DNA of 64,000 bases from Lama glama (Eukaryota): assembly GCA_028534125.1 (NCBI GenBank), contig CM052818.1, forward strand, positions 17,672,001 to 17,736,000, given 5' to 3'. The notes beneath the pieces are model-generated. The model was not told the origin of the DNA and did not search any database. It saw nothing but the letters and a program-made list of their open reading frames with translations. The translations under genes and the position numbers were made by a program. Of this stretch, positions 10,750 through 23,213 are shown piece after piece. The stretch's first letter is position 1, and each line of letters starts with the position of its first letter.

Positions 10750-11419
10750 ACATATTAACTGGTTAGGATACTACCCATCAGCTTGCCAAACATCTTTAAA
10801 TGGAGATTCACTCAGTATAGCTTGTCTGCCAGAAAATTGTGAGACTCGAAGTCTCTTGGCAATCAGGATATAGAATGATTTCCTCCTTGTGTGCCAGTGA
10901 ATCTATTGAGAAAGGGAATTAGTGTAACTTGTAATGCTGGTTTTTAATTATCACCACTTCTTTTAAAATTTAGCCATAAAGCATCTATTTTTAAAACTTA
11001 TTCTGATTTCAATTTCAAGTTCATCACTATAGAATTTTAAATATCCTTTAAATGTTACTTTTAAAATTAGAGCAAAACTTAACTCCTCTATTCTTCTGGT
11101 GTCACTTCTTGTTTTCTAAAAATGTCAGAATAACTAGTATAATTTTCATGATTACGTTAAAGTTCTCTGGACTGTATTTGGCCTTGAGGTGGACAGATCA
11201 AGTTCCCCTCTTTTTGAAGAGGGGATCTGTAAATCATTTGATCTTCACTTACCTTGAGCATCAGTTCTCACTGCTACCCTGTTCCTCGGACTCTGATTTC
11301 AAGAGGGTCATTTCTATTTAGCCCACCCCAGACTCTCCAATAAGTACTCTGTTATTTTATATCATTTTCAGAAGGGCACTCTGACTTTTCCTTCCATTAT
11401 CCAATAAGCTTTCTCAATA

Positions 11420-11700
11420 TCGGAACGCTCTTCAGAGGTGATTCCAGGGAGCCCTGGCAGGGAAATGCAGAGGTGACTTAGGGAAGAGAAAGAAGCCAGT
11501 TAAGGTTGTATTAAACAGTCAGTTACTGCTATGGGCAACAGAGGCTCAATACTACTTGGGAATTCTAGGTCAGTGTGTAGAACAGGCTTCAATACTGTTC
11601 TGCCTGGGGGCCAAAGAAATGGAGATATTTTTCTATCAATTCCTATTAGTCTTTTGTAAAGGACTGCTAAATTGTAAAAGTATGGATGATGACTCCGAAG
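11420..11700. mobile_element. LTR16-like ERVL LTR relic
   Basis: gaggtgattccagggagcc...cagttactgctatgggcaacagaggctcaat resembles the LTR16 family. Confidence 0.5.
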
Positions 11701-14469
11701 TGTTTTGTGTGGCTTTGCGACCTGGCTGATTTTAGTCTGTGGTCCAGAGAAAGCCCTCACGCAGAGAATTGCCATCGTGTGCGGCTCGAAACAATTGAGT
11801 TGTGCTCCAGGGTGATGTCTGCCTGGATATATGGACGGGTCACCTGCAGATCTGATACAGGTTTTCATACGTTCTGACTTAATACTTTTAGGTACATTAA
11901 CTGCATTCAGTTCTCTGACTAGTCATATCAGTTCGGGACTGAACAGTGCCTTCTCAAAAATAATGCCATTCCACTCTCAGAGCAGCCTCTCTGTTTCCCT
12001 TGGGATTCTGCAATGGTTTTTCTCAGGACCGCTATGGGTAGTTCCTGGCCGTCTTGCAGTCCTTTCCTACCATAAGTGCAGTAGTCTAGGAACTTCGTTC
12101 AATTTCTCAGGTTTAATGGGATAAGTTATCTCCGTGTCTGTTTTTTATAGCGTCTTAGCTCCAAAACCTAGGCACTAGTCTTCCTGTGTGTGTCACCCAG
12201 CTCCGCTGGGCGTGTTGTAGCTCCCCTCTGTGGACGGGAAAAGAGTAGTCGTGGTAATCAGCCTCGCCTGCTGTCTTTGCCCATCTGTTCTTCACAGCTG
12301 ACTCACTTTATGTCCTGTCCCCCATGTACACTCTAGATGGGGCCGGATATTGCCTACAGACACTTGCCCTGCGCCTGGGTGGATTTCCCTTGGATGCTGG
12401 GGAGTATTCCGCAGAGATCCCTCTTACTTTCTCACCCTCTTCCTGTTTCCCCTTCAGCCAGTCCTTTTAACTTCACTGTTTTTGCTCCCCCTGTGACGTG
12501 GAAATCTTCATGACATTTGGTGTGGGTTTTAAGGCGTGGTCAGTCTGGGTTTTTTGCAGGGGAACGCCTTATGTCCTGAACAAGGAGGAAGGGAGTCCCG
12601 GCACCCATGTGGTCTTGTACTCTGAATACAGTCCTATTTTCTCCTTTTCTTTCTATTTTTCTCTTTTGGTCCCTGTATATGAAAAAAAAAAATTCAGATG
12701 TTGCACTGCATGTGCTATTCTCCCGTCACCAGTTCTCTTGTAATACTTTACCTGTTTGCCTAATTTTGGACCAAATTATGCTGAAGAGTTCCTGTCTTCT
12801 TACTGACTTTGAGTTGTTTGACAAAGATGCCACCATTACTTTAGAAGCAGCTATCTATTCTCACCTCTTCCTAATTCCCCCACGGCTCCCTGCTGCCTGC
12901 AGGAGACAGGGAAAGGGCAGCCGCGACGCCTCGGTGCAGCATTAAAACTCGAACTGTAGGAGAGCTCTGAGTCCAGCCGCAGCAATTACCTTTGATGGCT
13001 TCCCGTTTATTTCCTCTTAGGTCTCATTCTAAATTTGTGTTTTTTAAAGTTTCTATTCTATTCTTAGAGTTTCACATTTACCTCTAGCCCGATCTACCTC
13101 CAGAGCATCTGTCTCCTGGGTAACACATATATTCTCTCTGTATTTTAAAAAATCGTTCCTTCTAGAGCCGACAGCACATGTCTAACCTGTCTTCAAGGTT
13201 CCCTTCCTTCTCTATTATTAATTTCACAAAATGTCCTCTCCCTTCTGTCACCACAACAGCATAAGTATCACATGCAAAACTCAAATTGGGAATTAAGTCC
13301 AGAGTACCAGGTGACTTTGTTGTCTTTCAAAACTTGTCCAAATGATCTACTTTTTAATAAGATGAAACTTTTCATACGTCATGTAAATAGCTGGGAGGTT
13401 GACATCTTGGCTCAGTGCCACTTTTATTACCTAAACTGGTAAAATCTTACCCGTTCTTACCCACATTGCCCCTTTTTTTCTTCCATCTGTACTTTTATCA
13501 TTATCAAAATGCTCTCTTCCTACTGTAACCTTAATGTTCAAAATATCTTATTGAACAGATCTTTTTACATAGAGGGACACTGCTTCTTTAGCTTTTTATA
13601 TGTAATACTTAATGTTGGAATTGTGAATAAGACTTTGTTTTTTGTTTTTTGTTTTTTTTTTGGTAAAAACTGAAGCATGTAATTAAAATGTTCTCCATGG
13701 CTTAATAGTTAATGATTATAAGCATTCCAGAATGCTTTATGGCTTATTGCAATACTGTCACATATACCATTTCATTCAATTTTTATAACAACTTTCTCTG
13801 TAGACAAGGAAGATGCTATATAGACATTACCAAATACAACAGGAACAGAATGGTTTCAGAATTATTAAATGGTTAACAAAGTATTATTCACAAGATAGTT
13901 AACTAGCCAAATTAACAAGCCAGCTCTTAATTATTTTTTATTTTCTGGTTATAAGGACCTAAAAGGCAGTGTGGTTAATGGAAATTAATTATAATGCAAC
14001 AAGATCTTTCTAGCTTTATCATGTTCTAAATCATTTCTTAAAATAGTACAATTTTTCTTTCTTTTGGGGGTTGTTAACAAAGGATGGTAGCCCAGATACT
14101 CAGTAATAAGCCAGTAACTTGCATCTGGGTCTTAGCTAATCAAGGAGAAGTTAAAGAAAGACTGATGGAGCAAAAAAATCTAAATGTAGTTACACATTTG
14201 AGTAATGTGTTGGTGATAATGATATTTCTTATAACTAGCACTTTCTAATCTATTCTTCGATTTTATCTTTACAGTCTTCCTGTGAGGTAGATACAACTGG
14301 GATTTATATCTCCATTCTGTAAACGATAACAATAAGAATGAGAAACGTTAAGATACCAAATTTAAAGTGACTTCTAGGAATAAATCGATATCTCATATAT
14401 TAGGTCATATCTCTGTTGAAACCAGGGGAACTAAATTTAGTATCAAAGATTAGAAGAGTTTAAAAGACT

Positions 14470-14610
14470 CTTAAACTTCTTATTTTGTAGGTGAGGAAAT
14501 TGGGGCTTAAAGTTAAGAAGTGAGTCACACAAAATGACACTGCCTGTTAGCAGCAAAGCTGGGACTAAAACCTGGGTCCCCTGACTCCAGTGCCCACATC
14601 CTGTCTCCAT
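14470..14610 (-). mobile_element. MIR SINE relic
   Basis: attttgtaggtgaggaaattggggctta ... gcaaagctgggactaaaacctgggtcccctgactcca. Confidence 0.7.
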
Positions 14611-15205
14611 AGCCAAGAAATACAGACTCTGCCAGCAGGAAACAGAGTGTCCCCATTAGTGGTGCCATCATTACTTTCCCCAACTTGATTTCTTTCCAGC
14701 TCTCTGATGTAAATCTTTCAGCTGACCTTGCTGTTTATCAGATAAAATTATTGCTTTAAAGTTGGTGGCAAAAGGGCAATGTCTAGTGTATCATGACCAG
14801 GCAAAAGATTTTTTGAATAATTCAGTTAATACAATTGGATTGGCACTGGCATTTTTACTAGCATTTACGTATTATTTCTCTGATATCGCTGGGTAACATA
14901 CAATTCAAAAATCAGTGCAGGTATGAGGAATGTCAGGAGAACACAGTGTCCTTAAAACAAAAGAGGGTGGAAAGTGAGGACTGTTTTATTTTGTTAGGTG
15001 TTAACGTTAAAAAACAAAACAAAACAAAACTCTCCTTGGTGATTGACATATGCCTGGAATTATTGATTTTGTTTTCAGCCAACCTATAAGAGAAAAAATG
15101 AATTCATAGGTTCAAGAGCAAAGGAATAATTCAAATAATAAAGCCTGGCTCTAACTACCTAACCCAGGGATTCTCAATCCTGGTAGCTCATTAAAACCAC
15201 CTGGT

Positions 15206-16412
15206 GGGGGAAAGGCTCGCGATGGTGGGCTAGGAAGGCCCCCAGCTCCCCTCCTCGCAGGGGCACGCCCAGATTACAGCTACTTACAGAGCAGCTGTCT
15301 ACGAGAACCACCTCAAGGCCAGCAGAAAAGACTTTCTACAACTAAAGATGTAAACAAGGCACCACGAGACAGGTAGGAGGGGCAGACACTCAGTCTAGTC
15401 AGACCCACATCCCAGGTCGGGACCCACAAGCGGGAGGGACATCACAACCACAGTGGTCCCCGCCGAGGACTGCGGGACGAGCCTCACACCAGGCTCCCCA
15501 GCCGGGCATCCTGCCCTGGAGGGACAAGCCCCAAAAAGTCAGGCTTTGAAAACCAGTGAGCCTTGCGAGGATTGTGTTCTGGGGAACCAGAAAGTGATAG
15601 AAAACAAGACTTCGCTCTTAAAGGGCAAGTGTAAAATTTCACGTTCTCCAAGTCCCAGCATGGAGGTGGTAGTCGGAAAGGCACTTGGGAGGGAACCCTC
15701 GTGCATGGTTGGTGGGATTGTAAATTGGAGCAGCCACTGTGGAAAACAGCATGCAGGGTCTTTAAAAGATTAAAAATGAAACTACCATATGATCCAGCAG
15801 CTGCACTTTTGAGTATTGACCTGATGAAAACAAAAACGCTAATTCAGAAAGATACCTGTACTCCAGTGTTCTTTGCAGCATTCTTTGCAATAGCTGAGAT
15901 ATGGAAGCAACCGAGTGTCTATCCATACACAAATGGATACAGAAAATGTGTATAAATATAAATGTGTGTGTATGCAGCAGAATGTTACTCAGCCATATGA
16001 AAGGCTGCCACCTGTGACAGTACGGATGGATCTGGAGGATGTTATGCTAAGTGAAATACCGCATGATCTCAGTTACATGTAGACTCTGAAAACAAAACCA
16101 AATGAAAACAGACTCGCAGATACAGAAAACAAACTTGAGGTTGCCAGAAGAGAAGTGGGTCAGGGATGGGAGAAGTAGGTGAAGGGGCTTAAAAGATAAA
16201 AACCTCCAGTCATCTGATAAGTAAATCATAGGGATGTAATATACAGCATAAGGAATATGGTTAATAATCTTCTGATAACTTTGTATGGGGACAGATGGTT
16301 ATTAGACCTATTGTGGTGATCTTTTCCATAATGTATACAAATGTCAAAGCACTGTGTTTTATACTGGAAACTAACACAATACTGTACTTCAGCTATATTT
16401 TAGTACACTAAT
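15206..16412 (+). mobile_element. Internally deleted L1: ~490 bp 5'UTR-like segment fused to the ORF2 C-terminus and 3'UTR; interrupts a MER5-like element
   Basis: 15206-15688 resembles a cetartiodactyl L1 5' end (gatggtgggctaggaagg...agcagaaaagactttctacaactaaagat). From ~15690 come L1 ORF2 C-terminal peptides ([23 protein letters not shown]...[12 protein letters not shown]...DTCTPVFFAAFFAIAEIWKQP), then the L1 3'UTR. MER5-like halves flank it at ~15164-15205 and ~16413-16570. Confidence 0.8.
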
Positions 16413-16914
16413 TTAAAAACTAATAATGCCCAGGCCTCACCCTGGGAGCTCAGATAGGGCCAGGAGATGTTAATTTTCTAATCGGTTAATGAATGAATGA
16501 ATAATTATATACATTTATTAATTTATAAAAGCTCACTGTGTGGTCCTAATGGACACCAACAGTTAAGATGGATCACAAAAACGTGTTAGAATCTCTGCTT
16601 CTGTGGAATAATCTGTCCATGTGCCCTTAGGCTATAAACATAGAGTTCCTCTGTGGCTTATCCTGATAAAAATCAGAGAACTCCAGTAGCATGTTATGTA
16701 TACTATCAAACATAGCTTAAAATAATATTAGTAAAAGTATAATGCATACATCTGATAGTGTCACTCATAAGCAGTAACTGATTACAGTATAGATTCCTTG
16801 CTTTCCTTGTTGCATCACCCGAGTTGTGATTAATGTGTCTGGAGGTTTTGGCTTCTCATTTGGACAATCTCTTTCAAAAATTTACTTCATATAAATACAT
16901 CTCATCACTCCCAC

Positions 16915-17031
16915 CGTAATGTGAATTCCTTGACGGCATCAATTAAGTTTTACACCTCTCTTTTAAGCACCACAGAACCTAGTTAAAAGTGAAACTCAGA
17001 AGACCTTTAATAAAGATGTGACTGATTCATT
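16915..17031 (+). mobile_element. L2 3' end relic
   Basis: atgtgaattccttgacggca ... cagaacctag ... aataaagatgtgactgattcat. Confidence 0.55.
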
Positions 17032-18335
17032 TACGGATATTTTCATGAGTCCATTTCAACTTCTTTTTGATCGAACTTATCAGGAAGGAAGGAAGTAGCC
17101 TTCGTGGTCAAACTCAAAAATAATATCACTAATTATCAAAGGAAAATTCTCATCTTCTATTCTTTTAGAGACTTGATACAAATTTATTCTGTCTTCTCAC
17201 CTCCTCCCCGTTCCTAAAATACAATAATACCACAATAGTAACAGAAGCAATAGCGAAAGTTTATCCTCTTAATACAGCTTTGGCTTAAGTCAGAACAGAT
17301 GGGAAAACTTTTTTAACCAGGCAATACTTGAGAAGCAATAAATGGAACTGAGCTGCTACAGTTGCTTTATACTTGTTAACCATCCAGCGTGCATTAGCTC
17401 TTACAAACTCGCAGAATGAGAATGTTGGAATGGGCATTTGCAGTCCCCAAACAGGGTGTGTGTGTGTGTTTTGGTAAAAAAAAAAAAAAAAAAAAATGAG
17501 GACTTTAAGAAACTGTTCAAGGACACACCAGTGCATTTAGAAGAAGTAAAAAGCCAACAAACCACCTTTGCCCATGAGAAAAAAAAAACCACTTTTTTCT
17601 CCCTGAGGCAGAAGGAATGACTATGGTAAAAAGAAAAAAAAATCATACAGACAGATCTTTCTAAATTGCCTAGTCTTACAAACTCACCACAAAGAGCTCC
17701 TTTCCTGGCATTTCGTCATGAGAAATGAGGCTTTCGAGAGCAGAAGCTGTGGCCAACTTTCCAATCACTGTTTTTCTGCTTTTCCTTTATTCTGTTTTAT
17801 GTTTCTTTAACTCCAGCCATAATTAGCGCAATGTTAAAAAAAACCTTTCAGGTGTGAAAACCTGCAAACCTCCAGAAATCTGCTGGTGACGCACTTTCCA
17901 GTTGGAGTAGAGCCAAGATTCTTTCTGAGTTTCAGCTGGAACTTGCCTGCCCTTTGCCACCCAAATCATTTATTTATTTGATTTGATCCTTTTGATTTAT
18001 TAAAAATTGTTGCCCCCGGCCTTAGGGATTCTTGGCAAGGATACAAAATGTTGATGCCATAATTGAATTCAATCTGGCACAAGGATGGGGTGAAGAATCA
18101 GATGAAAGAGAATATTCTCTGTCTTAGAAAAGTTCTGCAAAGAGTGAAAATTTCTATCTTGTAATTGGCTTCAATAATACAAAGCCAACTCCATATCACT
18201 TCATAAACATTGCTGGAATCAGCCAAAGCCCTGGTAAGGTGGAACTGGGTTTCACTGGACTCTAATAAGCCGGAACCACAGACAGCAATGTAGCTTAGGT
18301 TGTCTGTATCTGGGTGAGCGGGTCACAGAGTCACC

Positions 18336-19107
18336 TGTGCCGGCGAGTGCCGGGGTTCGGTACCGGGCAGCCGCAGACAGCGCTGCCGTGAGTCTCCCTC
18401 TCTTCCCGTTAGACTGCCCAGTTAACGGCATGTGTAAGAAAGGGGGGCACCCGATGGTTCATCCGTTAGCGGTTTACGCCTGCAGTCTGACTAAGGAGCA
18501 AATGTATTCTCTTTGCCTTTTCATCTCCTCATGTTCCCGGAGAATAGGTTCTTGCCTAATGCAGGAAAGAATTCAAGAGCAAGGCACAGGAAAGTGAAGG
18601 CAAGTTTATTTAGAGAGACACACTCCATAGAGAAAGGGTGTGATCTCACTCAGAAGGGAGAGCGGCTTAGGAGATACACACTCCATGAGCAGAATGCAGG
18701 TCATCTCAGAAGATGAGAGGGAGAAAGAATGAGAGGTATGGGGGTGTTTAGTTCAAAGCAAGGGGAGTTACACACTCCATAGACGTTTGTGGGCCATCTC
18801 AGAAGGCAAGAGAGAGCAACCATGAGGTGCAGTGTTGTTAGTTGTTAAGGGTCCGGTAATTTCATACACGAGTGAGTAGGAGAATTATTCCAGCCATTGG
18901 GGGGACGGGGCAGAGAGTTCCAGGAATAGGGCCCCGCCTACTTTTTGATCCTTAATGGTCAGCCTAGGAACTGTTACAGCACCTGTGGGTGTCGAGGTCT
19001 CCTGGAAGTCAAGTCTTCTGCCATCTTGACTCTAACCAGTTTGTCCTGTCTTCAGTTGCTGTGTCATTCCTTCAGTGGTTCTGCCCTGCCCCATCCCTCT
19101 TGTCTCA
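18336..19107 (-). mobile_element. Solo ERV1-type LTR with internal repeats
   Basis: Minus strand starts TGAGACAAGAGGGATGGGGCAGGGC and ends ...CACA; AATAAA on minus at 18610-18605; three copies of an acacactccat...ctcagaag unit. Confidence 0.7.
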
Positions 19108-22100
19108 TTTACATTTCTCTCCGCTCTCTCCCTTTACCAATTTCTCTTCTGCCCTTTTTATCTCAGTCCCTCACCTCACTCACCCTAAGCGGCTGAAGGG
19201 TGGGCTAGGGCTTCCATTTCTTTTTCACTATCTGCTTCAAACCTTGACTGATGCATTATTGAAGCAGAAGTGGTTGAAACAGACTTGCAGGTGCATGCAG
19301 CTCATAACACATTCATTCTTTAATTCAAAGAACCCATTGTTAAGAACGCATTATGTGCCAGACCCTTTTTGGGCGCTGAGCACAGGAAGATGAGAATGGC
19401 GGAATCATATCATTCCTCCTGAAACTTTCGTTCTAGAAAGCAAGAGACTTCTCAAATGACATTTGCTGCCTACCAGAACCTTCTGACTCACAAAAGGAAT
19501 GGGTCAAATATTAGAAGGAGGTCAAGAAGATCAGCAGAGCTCTGCTAGGAAGAACGCTGGCCGGCTGTGAGCTGTGTGTCCTACTGACATGCCGCAGGGA
19601 GGCCGCCACAGGCTCTGATTCCTCCCCCTCCCCCTGCTCTTTTCTGTCTGAAGATTCTCTTACTCTTCAGTAGCCTTGGCCTTTTAATCTGCTCTTTCCT
19701 TTTCTTTTACAGTGAGAAATTCAGGGCATTATCTACTTTCAATGAAAAGACAAAATCCTTTTCTCTGTGGGGTTTCCTAATTGGCTTGTGGAGTGCTGAG
19801 AATGTGTCCTTGGTTCCGTAGCTCTCCTGGTGATGGAGGGAAATCTCTGATGACTATACGATGCTCCTGGGGGTAGCGCCTTAGATTAACAGAGAAGGCT
19901 GTCATCCTGTGCTGGGTGAGATCAGCTCCAGTGTTTTTGAAGAGGAGGGGAAAACAGAACCTTCAAAACAACTCGCTTTTTCATGTGCTCAGTGATTCTT
20001 AAGTAATCACTGTTCTGACCTCGCACCCAGATGCTCACGCTTGCCCTGCCCTTCTGCTGGCCGTGGAGTCAGGCAGGGAGGCAAGCCGCCCGCCACGCTG
20101 CTGAGATAGTCACGCACCGCGGGCGCAGCAATGTTCTGAACTACCCAGGCAGTGGAGGATACAGAGAATCTCCTTGGAAGACTGGCGCTAGCAGTCAGGG
20201 CTCTGTCGGAGTAGTATTAGCATCCAGGGCTTCTGTTTTTCTGTGGGGGACAGCATTTTCTCGTGGACAGGCAGACAGGCTACTGTGGGGAGAAGAGGTG
20301 CGCTGACTTCAAGCAGAGTATCACATACATGTGCAAATGCTGGCTTTGGTGTGTTTACTGTTTTAAAAGGCTGCATACATGAAAACGAGAGTGTTCACTA
20401 AGATGTGACAGTGGTACATGGCAGGAGGGAGGAAATCAACACGGGGAAATGGAGAACACCCACCCTACATGTGGCTGGAAGTTTCAGTGACTAGAACTCC
20501 TTGGTAACGCAGACCACAGGATTGAATCCTTTAATGAAACGGTGGGCACACGCTTGTTCCTGGCCCTACGTCTCTTCCGTGGTTGTGTTACAAATCATAA
20601 AGATCTTCATGTTCTCATATACTTTGTTAGTCATCATTGGCTGGAATCATTTTATTTGTATTGCTGCTTAATGAATTTCTCAATATTTGTCATCCCCTTA
20701 GTTTTCTCTTAATTTTTGTATCATTCAGATCGCACTACAGTCAATCATTTCAGACACACTTTTCCTTTTTTAAAAAAAAAATAAATGTGTAAGAATAGAG
20801 CTGCTGAATCCAAAAGGCATGGAAATCATCACAGTTCTTGATAAGTTTTATCATTCTATTTAAAATGTATGTATCAGTTTATAACATCACACACAGGGAA
20901 CAAGTGGGCACACAATGATCTTGCCATCACTGAGAACCAAATTTGTAATGCTGTATCTCATACCTTCCTTCACAATGCGCTGGTGTGAATATTCTTTTCT
21001 ACTGTGCAATTTCACCCTGTTTTAATTGTTGCCATTGTTTTCTTTAAAAAGCCCTATATGATTCATCTTCTGAAGACAGGAGATACATGGACATGATCAG
21101 TTAAGAAGATATTACACAATATTTAGTGCTGAGGCAATTTGAAATATGACTAGTGTAAACATTTACAGCGTATTGATTGACAGATATGTGCCTGTGTGGT
21201 TCTGTAACTTAAAAAGTCGATTCCACAGAACACATTTTCTTTGAATGTACTGAGACTGACCTAAAACAAAGAAATCATAGAAGTGGTCAAAAAAGACACC
21301 TAGGAATCATAAGCCAGGCTTATAAGAAACTAATTTCTTAGTGAGCGTGAGAGTTGTTGAACTTAATGTATGTTGAAACTATGGTATATTAGTGTCTTGG
21401 TCATAATAGGCATTAAGGAAATGTTATTTGACTTAAACTGAGCAGCAACCAAGATTATTAAGTAAAACTAAACAGTGCTAAATGAATGACTAGGGATTCT
21501 AATACCTTAGTCAATTCCGTCAATAGCCTGAAAGTATGAATTTTAGTAATAATATAGATAATGACAATAAGTATATTGTTATGAAGAGGAATCTTTCTAA
21601 GAATAATGTGTGTACTGTGCATGAAATATGTAGAGCCATGAAGGAGCTCATTCTCTTATTGGATGTACCGAGATGAAATGATTAGTTTTAGACCCTATCT
21701 TTTCTCCTTGCCATTCAGTAAAATGATGTCACCAGAATTTATAAAGTGATTTGGACTCCTCTGAAATTTCAAAACTTCTTGGGTTTTGTACATTAATAGA
21801 AATAAAATGTTCATATTTTAAATTCCCCATTCCCAATCATCTAGGAGATGCTACATGCTTCTATATTTTAGCTAGTTCCCAAGCTGTTTTAGAAATCTAT
21901 GTTGTAACAGAGACAACCCGAAATACCACTTGGGAACTAAGAATTCTGTGTTGATGTCTCAAATTCTGTGCTAATTTCTGGCAAGTAGATGACTTCATCT
22001 CTTTAGTTTCTTTATGCATCAAATAGGGGGAAGGGTACTTTCACTTTAACTTAGCAGAGCTTGTAATGGTGTGGTACACAGCACTACCTAACACAAGACA

Positions 22101-22300
22101 GGGACGTATGTTTTAAGGCCAGATTTGTGTGAAGGTTGTGCCATCAAGAAATGTCTATGTTACCAGTCCCTACATACTGGCTAATGGGAGAGGAATTTTA
22201 GCCAATTTCCACTTACTAATTCCTCATTTGTCAAACCATTCTGCTTATACCTGCCGACTATCCTGAAAGCTACTGAAGGGACTTTAAGTGAGTTAGATTC

Positions 22301-23213
22301 TGTGTTGGAAAAACCCAGCAGTCTTCCTCCTGTGTGTCTCCTTTACTACCACACAGAACACACTTCCCTTCTGACACTTCTGGTCCCCAAATGTGTGGGG
22401 GTTTTCCCCACACCAAGCAATTCTGTGTAACACCAGCTAGGTGTTCTGCATTTCAGTTCTGTTCTGACATTATCTACCTGGACATAGCGCCAGATCCTGC
22501 TGTCATGCACAAGACTGCCCCTCGCTTCAGACACCAACCACAAGTAATGGGTCCCTAGGTTTCCCACAACTTCAGTCCAACTTGGCTGCAAATCAGTGGT
22601 TCCCATGACCTCCTCCCCATTGGATTCAGTTATTTGCTAGAGTGGCTCACAGAACTCCAGTTTACTTATGTTTACCAGGACAGGATAAAGGATACATATG
22701 AGGCAGCTAGGTGAACATAGGATGAGGTCTGGGAGAGTCCTGAGCACAGGAGCTTCTGCCCCTATGGAGTTGGGGTGTGTTACTCTCCCAGAATGCAGAG
22801 GTGTCCACCAACCTGGAAGCTCTCCAAACACCAACCTATTGGGATTTTTATGGGGCCTTTGTCACATTGGCACGATGGATCCTTAACTCCATTTTCTGCC
22901 CTATTCCCCTCCTGAGACAATGGGGGTTGGAGATGAAAATGTCAAGGTTCTAATATGTTTTGGTCTTTGTGGTCATCAGCCCTCATCCAGGAGCCAACCA
23001 GGGGCCCGCCCAGAGTTACCTTATTAGAAGAAAAGATACTCCTGTCAGCTAAGAAATTACTGGGGTTTCAGGAGCCCTGTGTCAGGAACCGGGGTCAAAG
23101 ACCAAACGTTAGGACAAAAGATGCTCCTACTTCTTTTATTACTTAGACAAGGGTTTCAGGACCTCTGTGCCAGAGACTGGGGCAGAGATACACATATCTT
23201 CTTTTATCTCATG
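22301..23213 (-). mobile_element. MER21-like solo LTR
   Basis: Diagnostic cacttctgg...caaatgtgtgggggttttccccacaccaagcaattct...ttctgacattatctacctgga; possible TSD gattc/ggttc. Confidence 0.8.

Noticed and set aside
15453..15955. ORFs of 106 and 84 aa
   Set aside because: They are a fused L1 5'UTR and frameshifted ORF2 C-terminal remnants, not a host gene.
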